From NCBI RefSeq assembly GCF_009834535.1, contig NC_045696.1:36644001-36708000 (forward strand): 64,000 nucleotides of DNA. Direction: 5' to 3'. The notes beneath the pieces are model-generated. The model was not told where the DNA came from. It ran no database searches and was given only the letters and a program-made list of their open reading frames with translations. Made by a program: the position numbers and the translations under genes. This DNA is from Camelus ferus. Its lineage: Eukaryota. Of the stretch, positions 38,856 to 52,849 are shown piece by piece. Position 1 is the stretch's first letter. Every line of letters starts with the position of its first letter.

Positions 38856-41800
38856 GCTGAGTGAATTGTATATTTAGATATGCATAACTATTTTTCTTGT
38901 AAAAGATACTTTAGGCTGCCTTAGAGCAGTTTATAGTTGCAAATATCCAAGTTTTTAAAAGAATGATTCAAAAGGCACAGATGCACCAACGAGCAGTGGT
39001 ATTCAGCATGCCCTTTTGGGTGGGCTAACCTAAGCAGATGGACCTTCAGTCTGCGTTAAAGGTCAGCTAATTTGTGCTTTTGCCAAAACAGTTTGGAAAG
39101 ACGTTTCAGATTCTGTCTCTCTAATAAGTGGCTCACCATGTATTTTCTGAAAATTCAAATTTACTTCTAGTTGCTCTTAATACTTCACAGAAAAGTCCTG
39201 GTGGCCAAACATAGGGCCTAAATACAGTTTGAACTTCTTAGCCTGAAATTTGACTTTCACAACTCACATACTGACCCTGGTCCATCCTGTCAGCCTCAGC
39301 TTTTATTGTGTCCCTTCACAAATCCCTCCACTCCTATAAAATAGGTCTCTTAACCAAATAGTAGATTCTTCTAATTTTCTGAATCTTCAATGGTGCTCTT
39401 TTTGCTGTGTTTCAAGAGTACTTTCCCTCATGTTCCAGTTTGAGTTTTCTGTCGTATACGAGTCTTTCTTTGTTCACTCTAACTTATGAAATTCTTTCTT
39501 TTTCTAAACTCCTTTAATCCTTGCTGTGTGTTTCTTTAATTTAATTTTCAATATTAAAAAAAAGTTAGTTCTTTTTTATACAACTCTTTTGTTTCCATAT
39601 GTGATATATTAAAATTAGGGCTGTAATTCCTGTGCTGTAATTCTTATACTAGACAGGGAGGAAAGGCTTAGTAAGCATTATAATCAAGACCTTTTCTGTT
39701 TAAATGAAGAAAAGACAGCAAGTTGGAACTTTGGCCTTTTACTATCAGTTGTTACTCTTCTGGTTTGTTTTTGTTTTTGTTTTTTGTTTTTACCACTAAA
39801 CCTTCAGATATGTCTTCCTAAATAATTAGAAAGGTACTGGGAAGGTCTTCCTTGTTTTCCTATGTCTTAGGATGCTTGTTTCCAAATTGAGTTGGAAACT
39901 AAGGTGAACACATCCTTACTAGACTGGATCGACCTTTTTGCTCTTGCCTAACTTACTGCTTCTAATATCTAATATCTGTCTAATGTCATTTTTAATAACA
40001 AGCATGGGTTGTAGAAGATTCATAAATCAATACAGAAGTCAAGTTCTGAATGGACTTGTTTATACTGAAAGCTTTTCTGGTCTATTGTATTTTACAATTG
40101 AAGGTAGTGCCACACAGTTAAGGTTAGTTCTAGGCCCAGGTAGGAACATCTGGAGAGAGCTATGAGTTACCCTCAGAAGAGGAATCATAGTGGGCTCTAA
40201 TGCCTATTTAAATAGCTCTGAGTTGGTTTTCTAATATACCTCTTATTATGTTCCTGAAGTTTTAGTTGTTTTTTTTCTCAAGGAAGAAGGACATACTTGG
40301 GTGGACTGGGAAGGAAGGAAAAGGAGGTATTATTTGGAGAACTAAGGTCTGGAAGGAAGGAAGAATGTGAAGAGGGAGTCTAAAAATAGGAACTGTGACT
40401 CCCTCTTCTTGATGCCCTGTGAATATCTCAGACCAGAGGTGCGAACCATGTGCAGTGATGTTTCCTTCAGCTGCACATGCGTTTTGCTTAGTTCTCATAA
40501 CATTGTTCTGCATAGTGTTTTGAAAACCTTGAGGTAGATTCTAACATTTCAAAATTGAGAAATTTCACACAAAAATCTAAGTTGTGGCTCCTTTGAGGAA
40601 AAAAAATCTTAATTCCTATATAGGAAAAATTTATGTAAGTTAGGTAGTGTTTTTCTCTTTGGCCAGGTCAAGAGTCCTTCAGATTTGATAGGTCCTACTG
40701 AACAGGAGCCCACTTCCTTCCTTTACACAGCTGAACTGATCCTGAAATACTCACCCATCCACCTCAGACTTGAGTTGATGATAAGGGACTCAAAAATCAA
40801 GTGTCCTAGGACTGGGCCTTGAGTAGTATAAATAGTAAGTACTTTTGTTGTTACACTGATGAATAATATTACAAATTAAAAAAAAACCTATTACATATTA
40901 TGTAAATGAATATGAAATTTATAAATGTCCATGTTATTAAGTTGTCTAATGTACGATTTTCTTCCTATTTTTGTAAAAATACTAGTTGAAAAATGTCTAA
41001 ACATAACTATTAACAATGTAATTTATCAAAAAGTTGGATGACTTAAAAAATAGAATTAGCATTAATTTTTAGTAATTTGAGAAGTAATATAATGTACTCA
41101 GGAGTTTAATTCCAAATATATGTTAATGCTTTGAAAGCCAAAGTTATCACTTATTTATGCTTTTCAAGGAATAGTTCTTGACTATTTCCCCTAATTTCAT
41201 AAAAAGGATAATAAAAGTTTCCAGTAAATTGTTCTTGAAAAAGGGGCTGTTCTCTGTAAAGCAGCTCATTAGAGTTTAAGGGGGTAGTTTTCCTTTTTTT
41301 TTTTTTTTTTTGCTTCTTACATCAGTCCTCTGAAAGCAGAGAGAATTTGTAATAAATAGCCTTAAATATTTCACTTTTTGTAAAAAGTAAAGTCTTTAAA
41401 GTTTCCTTCAAAAATTAGTAAGGTTGTTCAGAGTGATGGAATCTACCAGTTTATTTCACATAGATTGTTAGAAAGCTTCCAAAGAATAATGCCTTTTAGA
41501 CATTACACAGAAGAACGGGGAAGGGCAGTTTTAACTTTATGAAAGCAAATGTAAGTTTGAAAGAACTCAATGATAGACAGATTTTGTAGTTTAATGGGAA
41601 GTTCTTTCAGATTTATAGACTTGAACTTTCTCCCAAATCCCTTTGGTGTATTTTAAAGATCTCTTAAAAAGGTGTGGGTAATTTGTAGATACTTTAGTTA
41701 AAGGGCTTTCTGTACATACTGATATGTAAGATAAATTAGTTTTTGTTTATTCCAATGAGATTATTGTCCAGTGATAAAAGCTGCATTTTCACTTAGTTCT

Positions 41801-42419
41801 GCTATCTAAATTTATATAAGACTTTAACCTTCAGTGTTTAGTGGCTTCATTCCAGACAAAAGGAAGTACGATGTCAAAAATTGATAGTATGACTTTCTTT
41901 TCTTTTGAGGGTAAAGGAGAAGAGCTGTAGAAAATCCATTCCAAATTAGTTGATCATAGGTGGAAAAGTCAGAGAGGCTGATGATTTTTCAAGATGAGTG
42001 CACTGCTGTTAGAGATTATCCACTACTCTCTTGGCTTGGTTTTAGCTGAATTGTTACTCCCTGAGTGAATGCTTTTGGAGACACTATCCTCAAAACAATG
42101 ATACAGATAGAGTTCTTTAAAAACACTATATTTTAGCAATGTTGTCATTGCAGTTAGAGAGCAGAGTGTGACATTTCATGAGTCGATACTAGCTTACATG
42201 AAATTGTTGCTTAATGAAAATATGGCGTGTTTTCTATGTCCTTAGGAATCAGAAAATTTATGAACTCTCTCATGGATTAGATAAGTAGAGACTGTTTAAA
42301 GTTGACTCTTTCTGTTTCTCTGAAGCTATATGGTGGAATTGCAGCATCTCTAGGGAATTAAGCATTAAAATAGACAATTTCTACATGGTAGTGAAATCTA
42401 CTTATTTCATATTACCGGA

Positions 42420-45400
42420 AAAACACTGACATTAAAGGGATTATAAAAATTATCTTGTTCAACTATCATTGCATGCTTGTTTCTTCTCCATATCACATCT
42501 GACAAGTTAAAATCTTCTTTCTGCTTGAACTCACCCTGGTGATGAGAAAGCTTTCTGCCCTGAGGCAGACTCTTTTATTTGTGCACATCTATAACTGTTA
42601 CAAAAGCTGTTTCTGTATAGTGTCGAAATCTGTTTCTCTGTGGTTCACTTCTTTTGTCCTAGTGATTCCCTCTAAACAAGTTGTATATGTTTGAATATGA
42701 CAGCACTTTAGAAATCTGAACAGTTAACAAATTCTCCTTAAGCCCTTTTCTCGTGGCTGAGCATTCACGTTTCTTTCAACTACTCCAAAACTGATGTAGC
42801 TTGAGTTCCTTAATTTGTTCATTCTTCTCTAGATGGCTCCTGATTTTCCAATAGTCCTCTTAAATTGTGATTCCCAAAATTTTACACAGATTCCCAGAGT
42901 GGTCTCATTTGTACAGACTAAAATGAGATTTTTCACTGTATCATTGTAGGTTTTCTATGTCCACTTGTGAAACTTAACATTGTTTGACCTTGTTGGATGG
43001 TCTCATCACATTGCTGATGGATTGTGTTTCATGTTAACAATAACTCCCTGATATTTTACAAGAGCTAGTACTAATCTTTATTTACCTAGATTTATATTTG
43101 TATACTTTTAAAAAATCTAAATCCAGGTCCTTACTGATATCTTACATATTAGTTTTTAAGTTTCTATTTAAGAAATATTTATGTTGTTAGACTTGAACTA
43201 TATTATTCATTATTTTGAAACTTGATTGTGTTATCTAACATAATGACTTTCTTTACAAGCTCTATGACTCTACTAAATATGCTATTAAATCATTATGAAC
43301 ATTTTCAACAACATAGAGTAAAAAGACCTAAGGATATTCAAGACTTCTTTAGTGTATTTCATTGCTTTTTCTCCCCAGGATCCATTCCAGCTTTCCCTTG
43401 ACATGTACAAACTATGAGGTTGAGAGGGATTATTAATTCATCATCATCTTCTGGCTCGGGTACTGATTAGTTGAAGGTAGCTGGCACAATTTAACTATGT
43501 CACAGTACATGGTTCATGAACAGCTCAACCAGAGTAAAGAGTAGACTCTCAGGCTGAGGAAAATGAAGTCTCTTTCTCTTGCCCTGCATGATAAGATGTG
43601 CAGATGTGAGGTCTAGAGCTGCTTATAACTACTTTGCTACCATAGGGTTGCCAGCCTGAAGACAAAGTCAGACACATAGCTGGCAAAAATGCCTATAAAT
43701 GAAATTAAAATTCTACTCTGACAATGTCTAAAACTTCATCTATCTCTAAACTTTTTAGTTAAATAAATAAACTCAGAGAGCAGGGAAATTAATGCTAGCT
43801 ACCTTAAAATACCATGAAATATGAGTAGCTTAACACAACAAAGTGTATTTTATCCACATAAAGTCGAATGTGAGTTGTCAGAGGTTGTCCTCTCTATAGA
43901 CTCAAGGAACCAGGCTTCTTTCATCTTATGATGCCACCGTCTCAGCTTGTGGCAGGGGAAGACAGAGTTAGAGGAGGAATTTGGCTTTTAACTGCCTTTG
44001 TCTAGAAATGAAATATTTTGCTTTCACTCTTAATTCATTAGCCTGACCTAGTCACATGGTCCCAAGTTAAATGCCAGGGAGACAAAGAATTGTAGAAGAA
44101 TGTTTTTAATATTTGGTGAGCATTCAAGGCATCTGCAGCATGATAGCCTCTCTTCAAGGAATGTAGGTTTCCACAAAACACTGAAGTAGCCACTGATCAT
44201 AAGGTCTGTCTGCTTTCAACCTGCAACCATCCCAGAGACATGGATGTATTTAAGGGTCTGGCTATTTGCTTACAGCAGTATGAACATATACAAGTTACAA
44301 CAATAAATTCTTCCAGGACACTATCTTTTCCTTTCATTTTGAAAGTCAAGGCTAAACATTTCTAACTCTGGATTCCTGGTCACATCTCCTATTTTCCCTC
44401 GTGGCTGGAAGATAAGAAATTTCCTTCCTGCAGTCCCCTATCTCATCTGCAAGTTTTTACCATACTCTGGTATGTAATCTTTTTAGGCCAGGAGACTTGA
44501 AATCATTTAGAGAAGCTAAATGCTATCTTATCATCTCTTTACGTATCTTGAGGTTCAATTGCTTTTACCAATATTTATTCAAACTTCTTCAGGCTAAAAA
44601 TTATTCTTCTGGCCAGAGGATATGAAAGTAAAATAGAATTTTCAGAATCCCATTTTGTGTCACTTACTCAGTTTATAAAATCTTGCCAGACATTTTACAG
44701 GTAAATTCTCTTTGTTTTTGCTCTGGATATAAATGTAACGTTAAAATGTTTTATTTTCCTTATGCAGGTTATTCACAAACCTCAACTCATTTTGGGTTTC
44801 CCAGCACTGTTCTCACAAGCTCATGTTTCTTTCATATTTGTGCTTGCTTATATGCCTCTGTACTCCTTTTCTACATATAAATTTAAAAGTTAAAACCATC
44901 CGAGTGATCTTCATGGAGCCACTCTGAATCTTCTGATACTCTCCTTGATGAGTGTTTTTGTAATTTCATAGGTGGAAATTCAATTTCAAGTGATTTTCAA
45001 ACTCTCTGAACTCCCCCATTTTAGAATCTAAAACTACATGACCATTTATATCTTCACTTACTTTCTTTGATACTTTCCTATCTGAAGTTTAGGGTAGCTT
45101 TTTCCCCTGATCACCATGTGTCTGGAATATCCTTGGTGCTTAATAAGTGATTTTTGAATGAATGTATTTGAACTAAACAAGGACAAGATTACTTTTGCAT
45201 GAGAATCCAGTTTCATCCATTTATTTTTTATTTTTTCCCAGCTGAATCTTTTCATCAGTCTTCAGACCATGTTGATGATTCAGTCTAACTGGTATCTTTT
45301 TTTTTTCAAATGGAAATTTCAATTTCAGTTTAATTTTTTTTTTATAATTTCTGACAAGCTTTCTGTTCATGGAGATTAAAGTTTTTACATAAAATCTGTG

Positions 45401-45500
45401 AAATTCTTTTGAGTGACTCTAACACTGTGTCAAAGTTACAGGTTTAGCATCCATATAGACAATTATTACTCTACAGATAATTCTCTGTAACCTTGTATTT
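42420..45500 (-). mobile_element. L3/CR1 LINE remnant, interrupted by MLT1-type LTR fragments at ~43380-44140
   Basis: CR1/L3 antisense motifs (tctgcttgaactcaccctggtgatgagaaagc, gaaatctgtttctctgtggttcac, gtcctcttaaattgtgattccca, ttttaggccaggagacttgaaatcattt). The right boundary is uncertain. Confidence 0.6.
43380..44140. mobile_element. Two old MaLR LTR fragments (MLT1J/K/L-like; plus ~43380-43770, minus ~43790-44140)
   Basis: gtgaggtctagagctgct...ttgctaccatagg, and gcttaacacaacaaag...ccaggcttctttcatctt...cctagtcacatggtccca. Confidence 0.65.
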
Positions 45501-45959
45501 TTACCAACAGACTTCGTTGGTCATACGAGAGAGAGGTCAAGAGAATATAAATGCAGTTCCATTATCATTATAAGGGCAGATGACCTCTGATGTCTCTTTC
45601 ATATCTTGTTCCTAAGATTTTATAAAACAAGCTAGTCCATATTCAATATTCCATAGCTTTTAAAAAGTTTTACTCAATCTTATTGAAGTTCTTCAATATT
45701 GCTTCAGAATAAAGGGAAAAAATATACACTGAGTTTAAACGTAAATTATTAGCATTGACATTAGCATCAACAGAAGAAGCAGAATTAATCATAATCAAAG
45801 AATTATTTTGTAGTAGAAGATTTTTTAACTTTGGAGACCATAGTTTACCTAATCCAACTCTCCCATAGATCCCTCTATGAAACCCAGTGCAGGTATTTAT
45901 TATGACTGAGTATTTCTAGGAATGGAAAATCCTTTCTTTGGCTTATAATTCCTTTAATC

Positions 45960-46440
45960 AGTCATACTATAATTTCCCTCTATTATTTTCTTAAATTATC
46001 TTCTGTTTCTTGAATTCCAAGTCTTCTTTAATGGTTTATGTCACTGTTGTGTAGGAACATATCCTTAGTAACTTCCTTACGGAGCATATAAGGCAGACTT
46101 TCTGAATTTTTCGTATTTATAGAAAAATTGAAAAGTGATTGAGAGAGCCATTATAATTATGCTGGTACAGTAGATACAAAATTGAGATAATGCTGAGAAA
46201 GTCTGTATTAGTCACCCTATTGTTGGAAAATAAAATTTTAATTCTATTTCCAAAATTTAATAATAGTTTGACTTTGTGGAGAATTTTAAATTGAAAATAA
46301 TTATCCCTCAGACTTTAAAGGCATTATAGTTTTGCTTCAGTTGTGCAAGTGAGAAGTCTGAGACTGGTCAGATTTTTATGATCTCCCCTTTGCCTTCTTA
46401 CCAGAGGCATTTAGAATATTCTTTTAATCTTTGGCTTGGT
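45960..46440 (-). mobile_element. Very old L1ME/HAL1-type ORF1-end fragment
   Basis: aataatagtttgactttgtggagaattttaaattgaaaataattatccctcagactttaaaggcatt...gagaagtctgag resembles the antisense ORF1 end of old L1. Confidence 0.5.
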
Positions 46441-46449
46441 ATACAGTAT

Positions 46450-48295
46450 TAAAGTATAAAAAAAATTTTGGATTTTTATATACTTCTAACAGTCAGAAAT
46501 TAGAATTTAAAAAATTCCGTGTATGTTAGCATCAGACAATATGAAATCTCTAAGGATCAATCTAACCAAAGGTATGCAAGACCTTTATGCTGAAAACTAC
46601 AAAACTCTGCTGAGAGATGTTAAAAAAGATCTAGGAAGATAAACTGTGTTCATGGGTCAGAAGACTCAATATGGCTAAAATGTAAGTTCTTCTTCAATTT
46701 TATCTATAGATTCAAGCAAATCCCAGTCAGAATTCAAACAGGCTGTTTTCTTCCTGTGTAGATATAGACTGACTGATTCTAAAATTCATAGGCAAATGCA
46801 AAGGACCTAGAGTGGCCAACAACAATTCTGAAAAATGTTAAAATTTGATAACTAATACTACCTGATTTTAAAATATAAGATTTATAAAGCTACAGTACTG
46901 TTTTGATTGGTTATTGCCATAAAGGCAGATATATAGGTCAGGAGAAAAGAACAGAGTTGAGAAATGACCCACTCATATAGTGACAATTTAATTTTGACAA
47001 AGTTGTAAAGGTAATTCTCTTGAGAAAGGGTTGCCTTTTCAACAATTGGTGTTGCAACAACTGGAAACACATATGCAAAACAATGAATTTCAACCATCTC
47101 ACACAGTCTACACAATTTAACTCAAAGTGGATCATCAACCAAGGGGGAAAACCTAAGACTGTAAACTTATAAATGAAAACAAGGGAAAGGCCTTATGATT
47201 CCATGTTGCAACGTCAAAAGCACGATTCATGAAAAAGTAAATTGATAAGTTAAACTTCATCAAAATTAATAATTTCTCTTCTTTGAAAGACCCTGTTAAA
47301 AGAATGGAAAGACAATCCAAAGACTGGAAGAAAATATTTGCAAATCATATATCTGATAAAGGAATGATTTTTAGACTATATTAGAAACTCTCAAAACTGA
47401 GTAATAAGGTAACCAAAATCCAATTTAATAGTGGCAAAAAGCTTGAACAAGTCTTTGCACAGCAGAAGACATATGGATAGCAAATGAGCACTGGGAAAGA
47501 TGCTCAATTTATCAGGGAAATGCAAATTAAAATTCCAATGTGGTACCACTGGAAACCTGTAATAATGTCTAAAGCTGAAAGGACTGACCATAACAAGTGT
47601 TGGTGAGTATGTAAATAAACTGGGAGTCTCAAACATTGCTGGTGGGATTGTAAAATTGTATAACAATTTTGGGAAAAGTTCAGCAATTTCTTAAGTTTAG
47701 CATTCACCGTCCATAAGGATCTTGACATTCTACTATACATTCCAGGAATTGAGAGAAATGAAAGCATAGTCCATACTAAGACTTCTACACAGATGTTTAT
47801 AGCAACTTTATTTGTAAGGTTCAAACACTGGAAACAAACCAAATATCCATCAACAGGTTAATGAATAAACAAACAGTGTTATTCAAATAATAGAATACTA
47901 CTCTATAATCAGAAGAAATGAATTACTGATATCTGCTACAAAAGGAATAGCTCTGAAAATAAATATCCTGAGTGAAAGAAACCAGGCCAAAATCAGTATA
48001 TAATGTTTGATTCCACTCATACAGTATTGTGTAAAATGCAAACTAATCTCTAGTGACAGAAAGCAAAATAGTAGTTGACTGGAAATGGGGCAGTGGAATG
48101 GGGACTGGAATGAATGGGGTGGGAAAGAGGGATTATAAAGGGCTTAAAAAAACTTTTGGGACTGATTAATATGTTCAGTATCTTGATTGTTTCACAGATA
48201 CATACATATGCCAAAACTTATTAAAGGTACACTTTAAATATGTGCAGTTTATTTTACTTCAATTATACTTCAAAAAAGCTATTAAAAACTAATAA
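46450..48295 (+). mobile_element. Ancient L1M: 3' part of ORF2 plus 3'UTR (~1.85 kb, degraded)
   Basis: atctaaccaaaggtatgcaagacctttatgctgaaaactacaaaac, tcatgggtcagaagactcaata, tttgcaaatcatatatctgataaagg; 3' end cactttaaatatgtgcagtttatt. Confidence 0.9.
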
Positions 48296-48299
48296 AATA

Positions 48300-48975
48300 A
48301 CGTGGTAATGTAGTGTCATTAATACAACAAATAGTAATAGCTTTCTTTAATACTGGAAATAAAGATCTAATAATGGAGATTGGAGACAAATTTCATTTAC
48401 ATCAGTACCAAACCATTGAATCTTTGAGAAAAACTTTACCAAAAAGGCTGTGGAACTCAAGGAAAATAGATTTCAAATTTAATAGAAGGATATAAAATAA
48501 GATATGGCTAAAAGAAATACACTGTTCTTAGCTGAAAAGACAATGTTGTATAAGAATTACATTTCCTATGACTAATATTTTAAAATTCAAGCACTGTTTG
48601 AGGAGGAGATAAAGGTTGAGTAAAGTGACCTCAAGATGTTCTGCAAGACTATATGGTTTAGATTAGCCAAAAATTTTATTACGTTAATATAATGAGTTGA
48701 GATTTACTTACCAGATTTCAGAACAGATGACAAAGTTACTATAATCAAATGTACATGTTATTAATAGAGGAATAGATCAACAGAACTGGAAGACAACCTG
48801 TAAATAGATTCCAGTATACATGATAATTTAGGTATGTCCAAGATGATATATAAATTCAGTGAGAAAGAATAGTTTATTTAATGTGAAAACAACTAGAAGA
48901 AAATTAGATTGGATTATTCTTTCTTACAATATACAAAATATTGGATTTCCTTATCTCACAATATATAGACAAATT
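48300..48975 (+). mobile_element. Highly diverged L1ME-type ORF2 fragment
   Basis: Weak L1 ORF2-like motifs (acttaccagatttcagaac, aatagatcaacagaac, aaattagattggattattct). Confidence 0.45.
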
Positions 48976-48984
48976 TCAGAATCT

Positions 48985-50460
48985 GTACCATCAATAATAA
49001 CTTGAAAAAGTCAGATGTCGTGGTCCCCATCATTTCCCTGCTTATTTTATTCTAGTACACGTAAAAACCAAATGGATTAGGTAGAGTCTTTAAGCAAGTG
49101 ATAGCTTAAACACTGCTACCTGACATAACCTGGATATTATCAGATCCACTGGGTCATAAATTTGGCTAAGAGTACAACAACCCTTTAGGTAATAGAAATT
49201 TTATAATTGAGATTAGACCAGATTAGGTCCAGAAGGCACAAGAAAATTACTTGAATAAGTTATCCAGACTTTTATGGTATTTACTACCCTTGCAATTTAA
49301 CTCTTACCTTTAGCTTCTTTGAGCATTCCCCACTACTAACTAAAAGAAGGGTAAAGTGCTTAGATCTGAATCCTAAAATGCCAGCACAGCATAACACAAG
49401 GGTAGTTACCCATAAATAGGGTAGTTACCCATAAATAGGGTAGCCATCGTGGCAGGGATGGAGGCTATGCATGGACTCAACAGCATAGTCTCCCTTTACC
49501 AGGGTTTACTAGCTACTGCTTCTTTCTGAATGTCTAATCAGTCAGCTGTGGAGATTGATACGGCATCATTCCTTGGGAAGACAAACTAGCTATTGATCAG
49601 AGTGATAACATTGGGACCCTTCCGTCTTGGAGGAGATAACAAGATTTTGTTTTAAATTAAAATCAATATTTACTTTAGATATGGGCTGGTTCCACTTATC
49701 TACAGTGTGCCCATCCCCACCGCTCTCTGAGTGCTTACGAAATGTCTGATTTATAAACACATTATAGGATGTTGCTTCAAACCTGGGCCAATTTGATGGT
49801 AAAGGAGGAATAAAAATTTTAAAAAGATAACCATAGGATTCATTGGGTTTTTGTATGCAACTGACCTGTTAGAAGGATGGAATATACTGCTAGAAGCTCA
49901 GCCAAATAACTAGCTTAGAGACAACAACCTTCAGGGGTAGGGCACTGAACTCTAGGAGGCCATTATGTACTGAACTAAAAGTTTATTTTCTATTGAGGTA
50001 TCCCCCAAAGCTACAATGTACAGTTCCCGGCACTAGATTTTGGAAATAAGGGTGGTTCCTATCAACATCTGTTGAGGATCCTGGTTTTCAGGGAGTTAAC
50101 ATTTCAGTCAAGTGGAGGACAAAGAATTTCACCGAATTGGATGTTATGAATAGGGTCAAACTACTTTCCTCTCCTCCTGACAATGGGCCAGCAAATAAAA
50201 GTGGGAGCTCCTGTACTATCAGAAGTAATTAATGATCATTGCCATAAAATATTAGGGTTGATGTCACACAATGGGAGCAGAAAGGAGGATGTTTGGGGTC
50301 CAGCTAGGGGTTTCATTAGGACATCTCTTGGTGCTTCTATGCTTCTAGGCACTGTGTTAATAGTAATGGCTAATTGCATCAACTGTGGCCTGTCAAGGGC
50401 AAGACAGTTGAAGATGCAGACTCTTTGGGGAAGAGGACTGGAAATCTCCATTTCCATTGG
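48985..50460 (+). mobile_element. ERVL/MaLR-type internal remnant (internally deleted pol)
   Basis: Translation DVVVPIIS...KPNG (RT start, ~49015-49080) and SHRGRDGGYAWTQQHSLPFT (~49442-49500; cf. ERVL integrase GHGGRDGGYAWAQQHGLPLT). Confidence 0.8.
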
Positions 50461-52849
50461 TTTTTAAAATATACCCAAAACTTGCTATCTTGAGATTTTA
50501 TACGACATGTACTTGTTGTACATGTGTTGGCTTCATTAACATACCTTTGCGTCCTTCTATTCCCATTACTACTCTTATTGACACCTTAAATATATGTTTA
50601 TATTTCTTAATAGAAATGATTTTAAAGCTTTTAATTTAAAATCTCCTGAGGTTTTTTGTTTATTTTTTGTTTTCTACTATCAAAGTTTACCTTTTCTTCC
50701 TAAATTCACCAAGTCAGGATGATCAAACAGTAAAAGTATATTCTTTATATGTATTTTAAATATTTTCTACATATTTTTCTAAGAAATGAGTCCTTTATAC
50801 TGTTGCTGTGTATTTCTTATCATCTCTGTGTGGCAGCTCCAGAAGCCAAAAATACTCTATAGTTAAGTGAATGAATCCTTTTCTCCTCAACATCCGTTTC
50901 TTCCAGATAGGGATAATAACCCTAGAACATTATGGAAGAAGCTTTGTGAAACATTACAGCTACATTACAAAAAATTTTGGGACATATCTTTATGCTTGTT
51001 GAACACAAAGATATACAATAGAATGTAAGAGAAAGAAGAAAAGATATTATATCTACTTTCATAGCCATCAAAGTCACAGATGGTTATATTTACTAGGTAT
51101 CTGAAAAATGGGTGACAGTTTCAAAGATGGCGTAGACCTGTTTTTACAAATTCTAGAATTTATGAACATGATTTCATAGTAATGTATTGATAGATTTGAA
51201 AAAATTTTTCTAATAATTATTGAGTTTTATATTGAACAATTTAGCCACTTTATACATTGTATCCATATGCAAATTATCTATGCAATTTAAAAATAAATAT
51301 AAAGAATATTTTATTATTCAGAGGGGATATGTTTTACTGGTGCAGAATGAAATACATGAGAATTCCCAGTTAATAATTTCAATGGTTCCATTGTATTTTC
51401 ATAGTTTATTCTCTGCATATGACCAACCAAATAAGATCTTAGGATTTAAATTATAACATTTTATTCTAGCCTCTGGAAACAAACTGATCTGAGGACATAT
51501 TATCTCCATGTATCCACTACAGGGAATTTCCTGCTCTGCATTAAATGGCCTAAGAATATTACTTATACCATTATGAATAATCTGGTGTAAATTTCTGATG
51601 AATGCATTCATTTGATGACTTCTAGAAGAACCACATTCTAAAACTAAACCACTTATTAAAGCCTTTAGGTCCAAGTTTTGGTGATAAAAATGTATAAGGT
51701 AAAAATATTTTCTTAGGCAAATTTGTAGGACTCAATGCTATTCCCTGAAGAACTGTTAGGAATCTGATTAGATGACCTTGAAATCTGAAGATGGTCCCAA
51801 GAATACACTTTTATTCAAATTCCTAACCACAGAGTTTATTACATTTAGATGAATTAAATTCAACACCATTTTTAGCTGCAAATTTATTAAACACTCTTAC
51901 AATCTCTGATTCACTTTCCCCATTACTAATATTATTATTTTATTAATGTATTTATTTTGAGCAGGAGCTAAGCTTTTCTAAAGGTACGATGCTGGATAAC
52001 AGCCAGAGTGCCAAAGTGCACTCCTGAGTAGGTGACGGGGCCGGGGAAATCATGTACAGATGATCTCTGACGTTGCAGGTGAAGATTATCTGCTGTTATA
52101 TTTACAGGTCCTAGGGATTTGTATTGAGCTCTGAGGCTAGAGAGGACTTTGGCTGTTCTCACTTGAAGGAGAACAGAGCCTGGACGTAACAATTGACAGA
52201 GCTAACTGGTGCCTGTGTACCTGTGAACGCATGTACTTGAGGGAGTTATGACTCTAATTGCTTGTGGGCTAGAGATTCACCTCTTAGCAGGCATCCAATC
52301 AGTCTTTACTAGGTTCTGGGAGGTTCAAGGGCAGAAACAGGCTTTGTATAGCCTCTCATGTTTTCCTGCTTCGCCCAGTTGTATGTCCTATACCACATGC
52401 ACAGTTCAAACGAAATAATTTTTATACATGAATGAAGGAATTCTAATTTGCCATATTAGAGACAGTAAGAACATTCTTTTTGTTCTTTATTCAAGAGTAG
52501 GTTGAAAGTGAATTTAAAGGGGCACAGTGACAGCTTCCCCTTATGCTCAACTTAAGCTTTTTTATGAAACAGAGGAAGTTTCTGTTGGATTCTTAAGGAA
52601 ATCTTTTTTAAAAATCTGTGTATGGACAGATATATTCCTGTTTAAGTGGTCATGATAATATTTCTTAACTTTTTTTTTTTTCAGTTGGTTAAAAAATTTG
52701 TTTTCTAATCATAGCAAATGAATGTAGACTTCCCATCAATGTTGTTATAGTCTTTGACAGAGAAGTCTTTGAGCCTTTTAAGAACCAGAAAAAGATTTTA
52801 AGCCACTTAATTATAAACTTATTAATTATAGGCAATAAATGCTAAGATG

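Noticed and set aside
40500..41150. Possible hAT/Charlie DNA transposon remnants
   Set aside because: The resemblance is too weak, and I identified no terminal inverted repeats or 8-bp TSD.
49399..49443. CRISPR-like palindromic direct repeat
   Set aside because: Only ~2.4 adjacent copies, no spacers, and a mammalian context.
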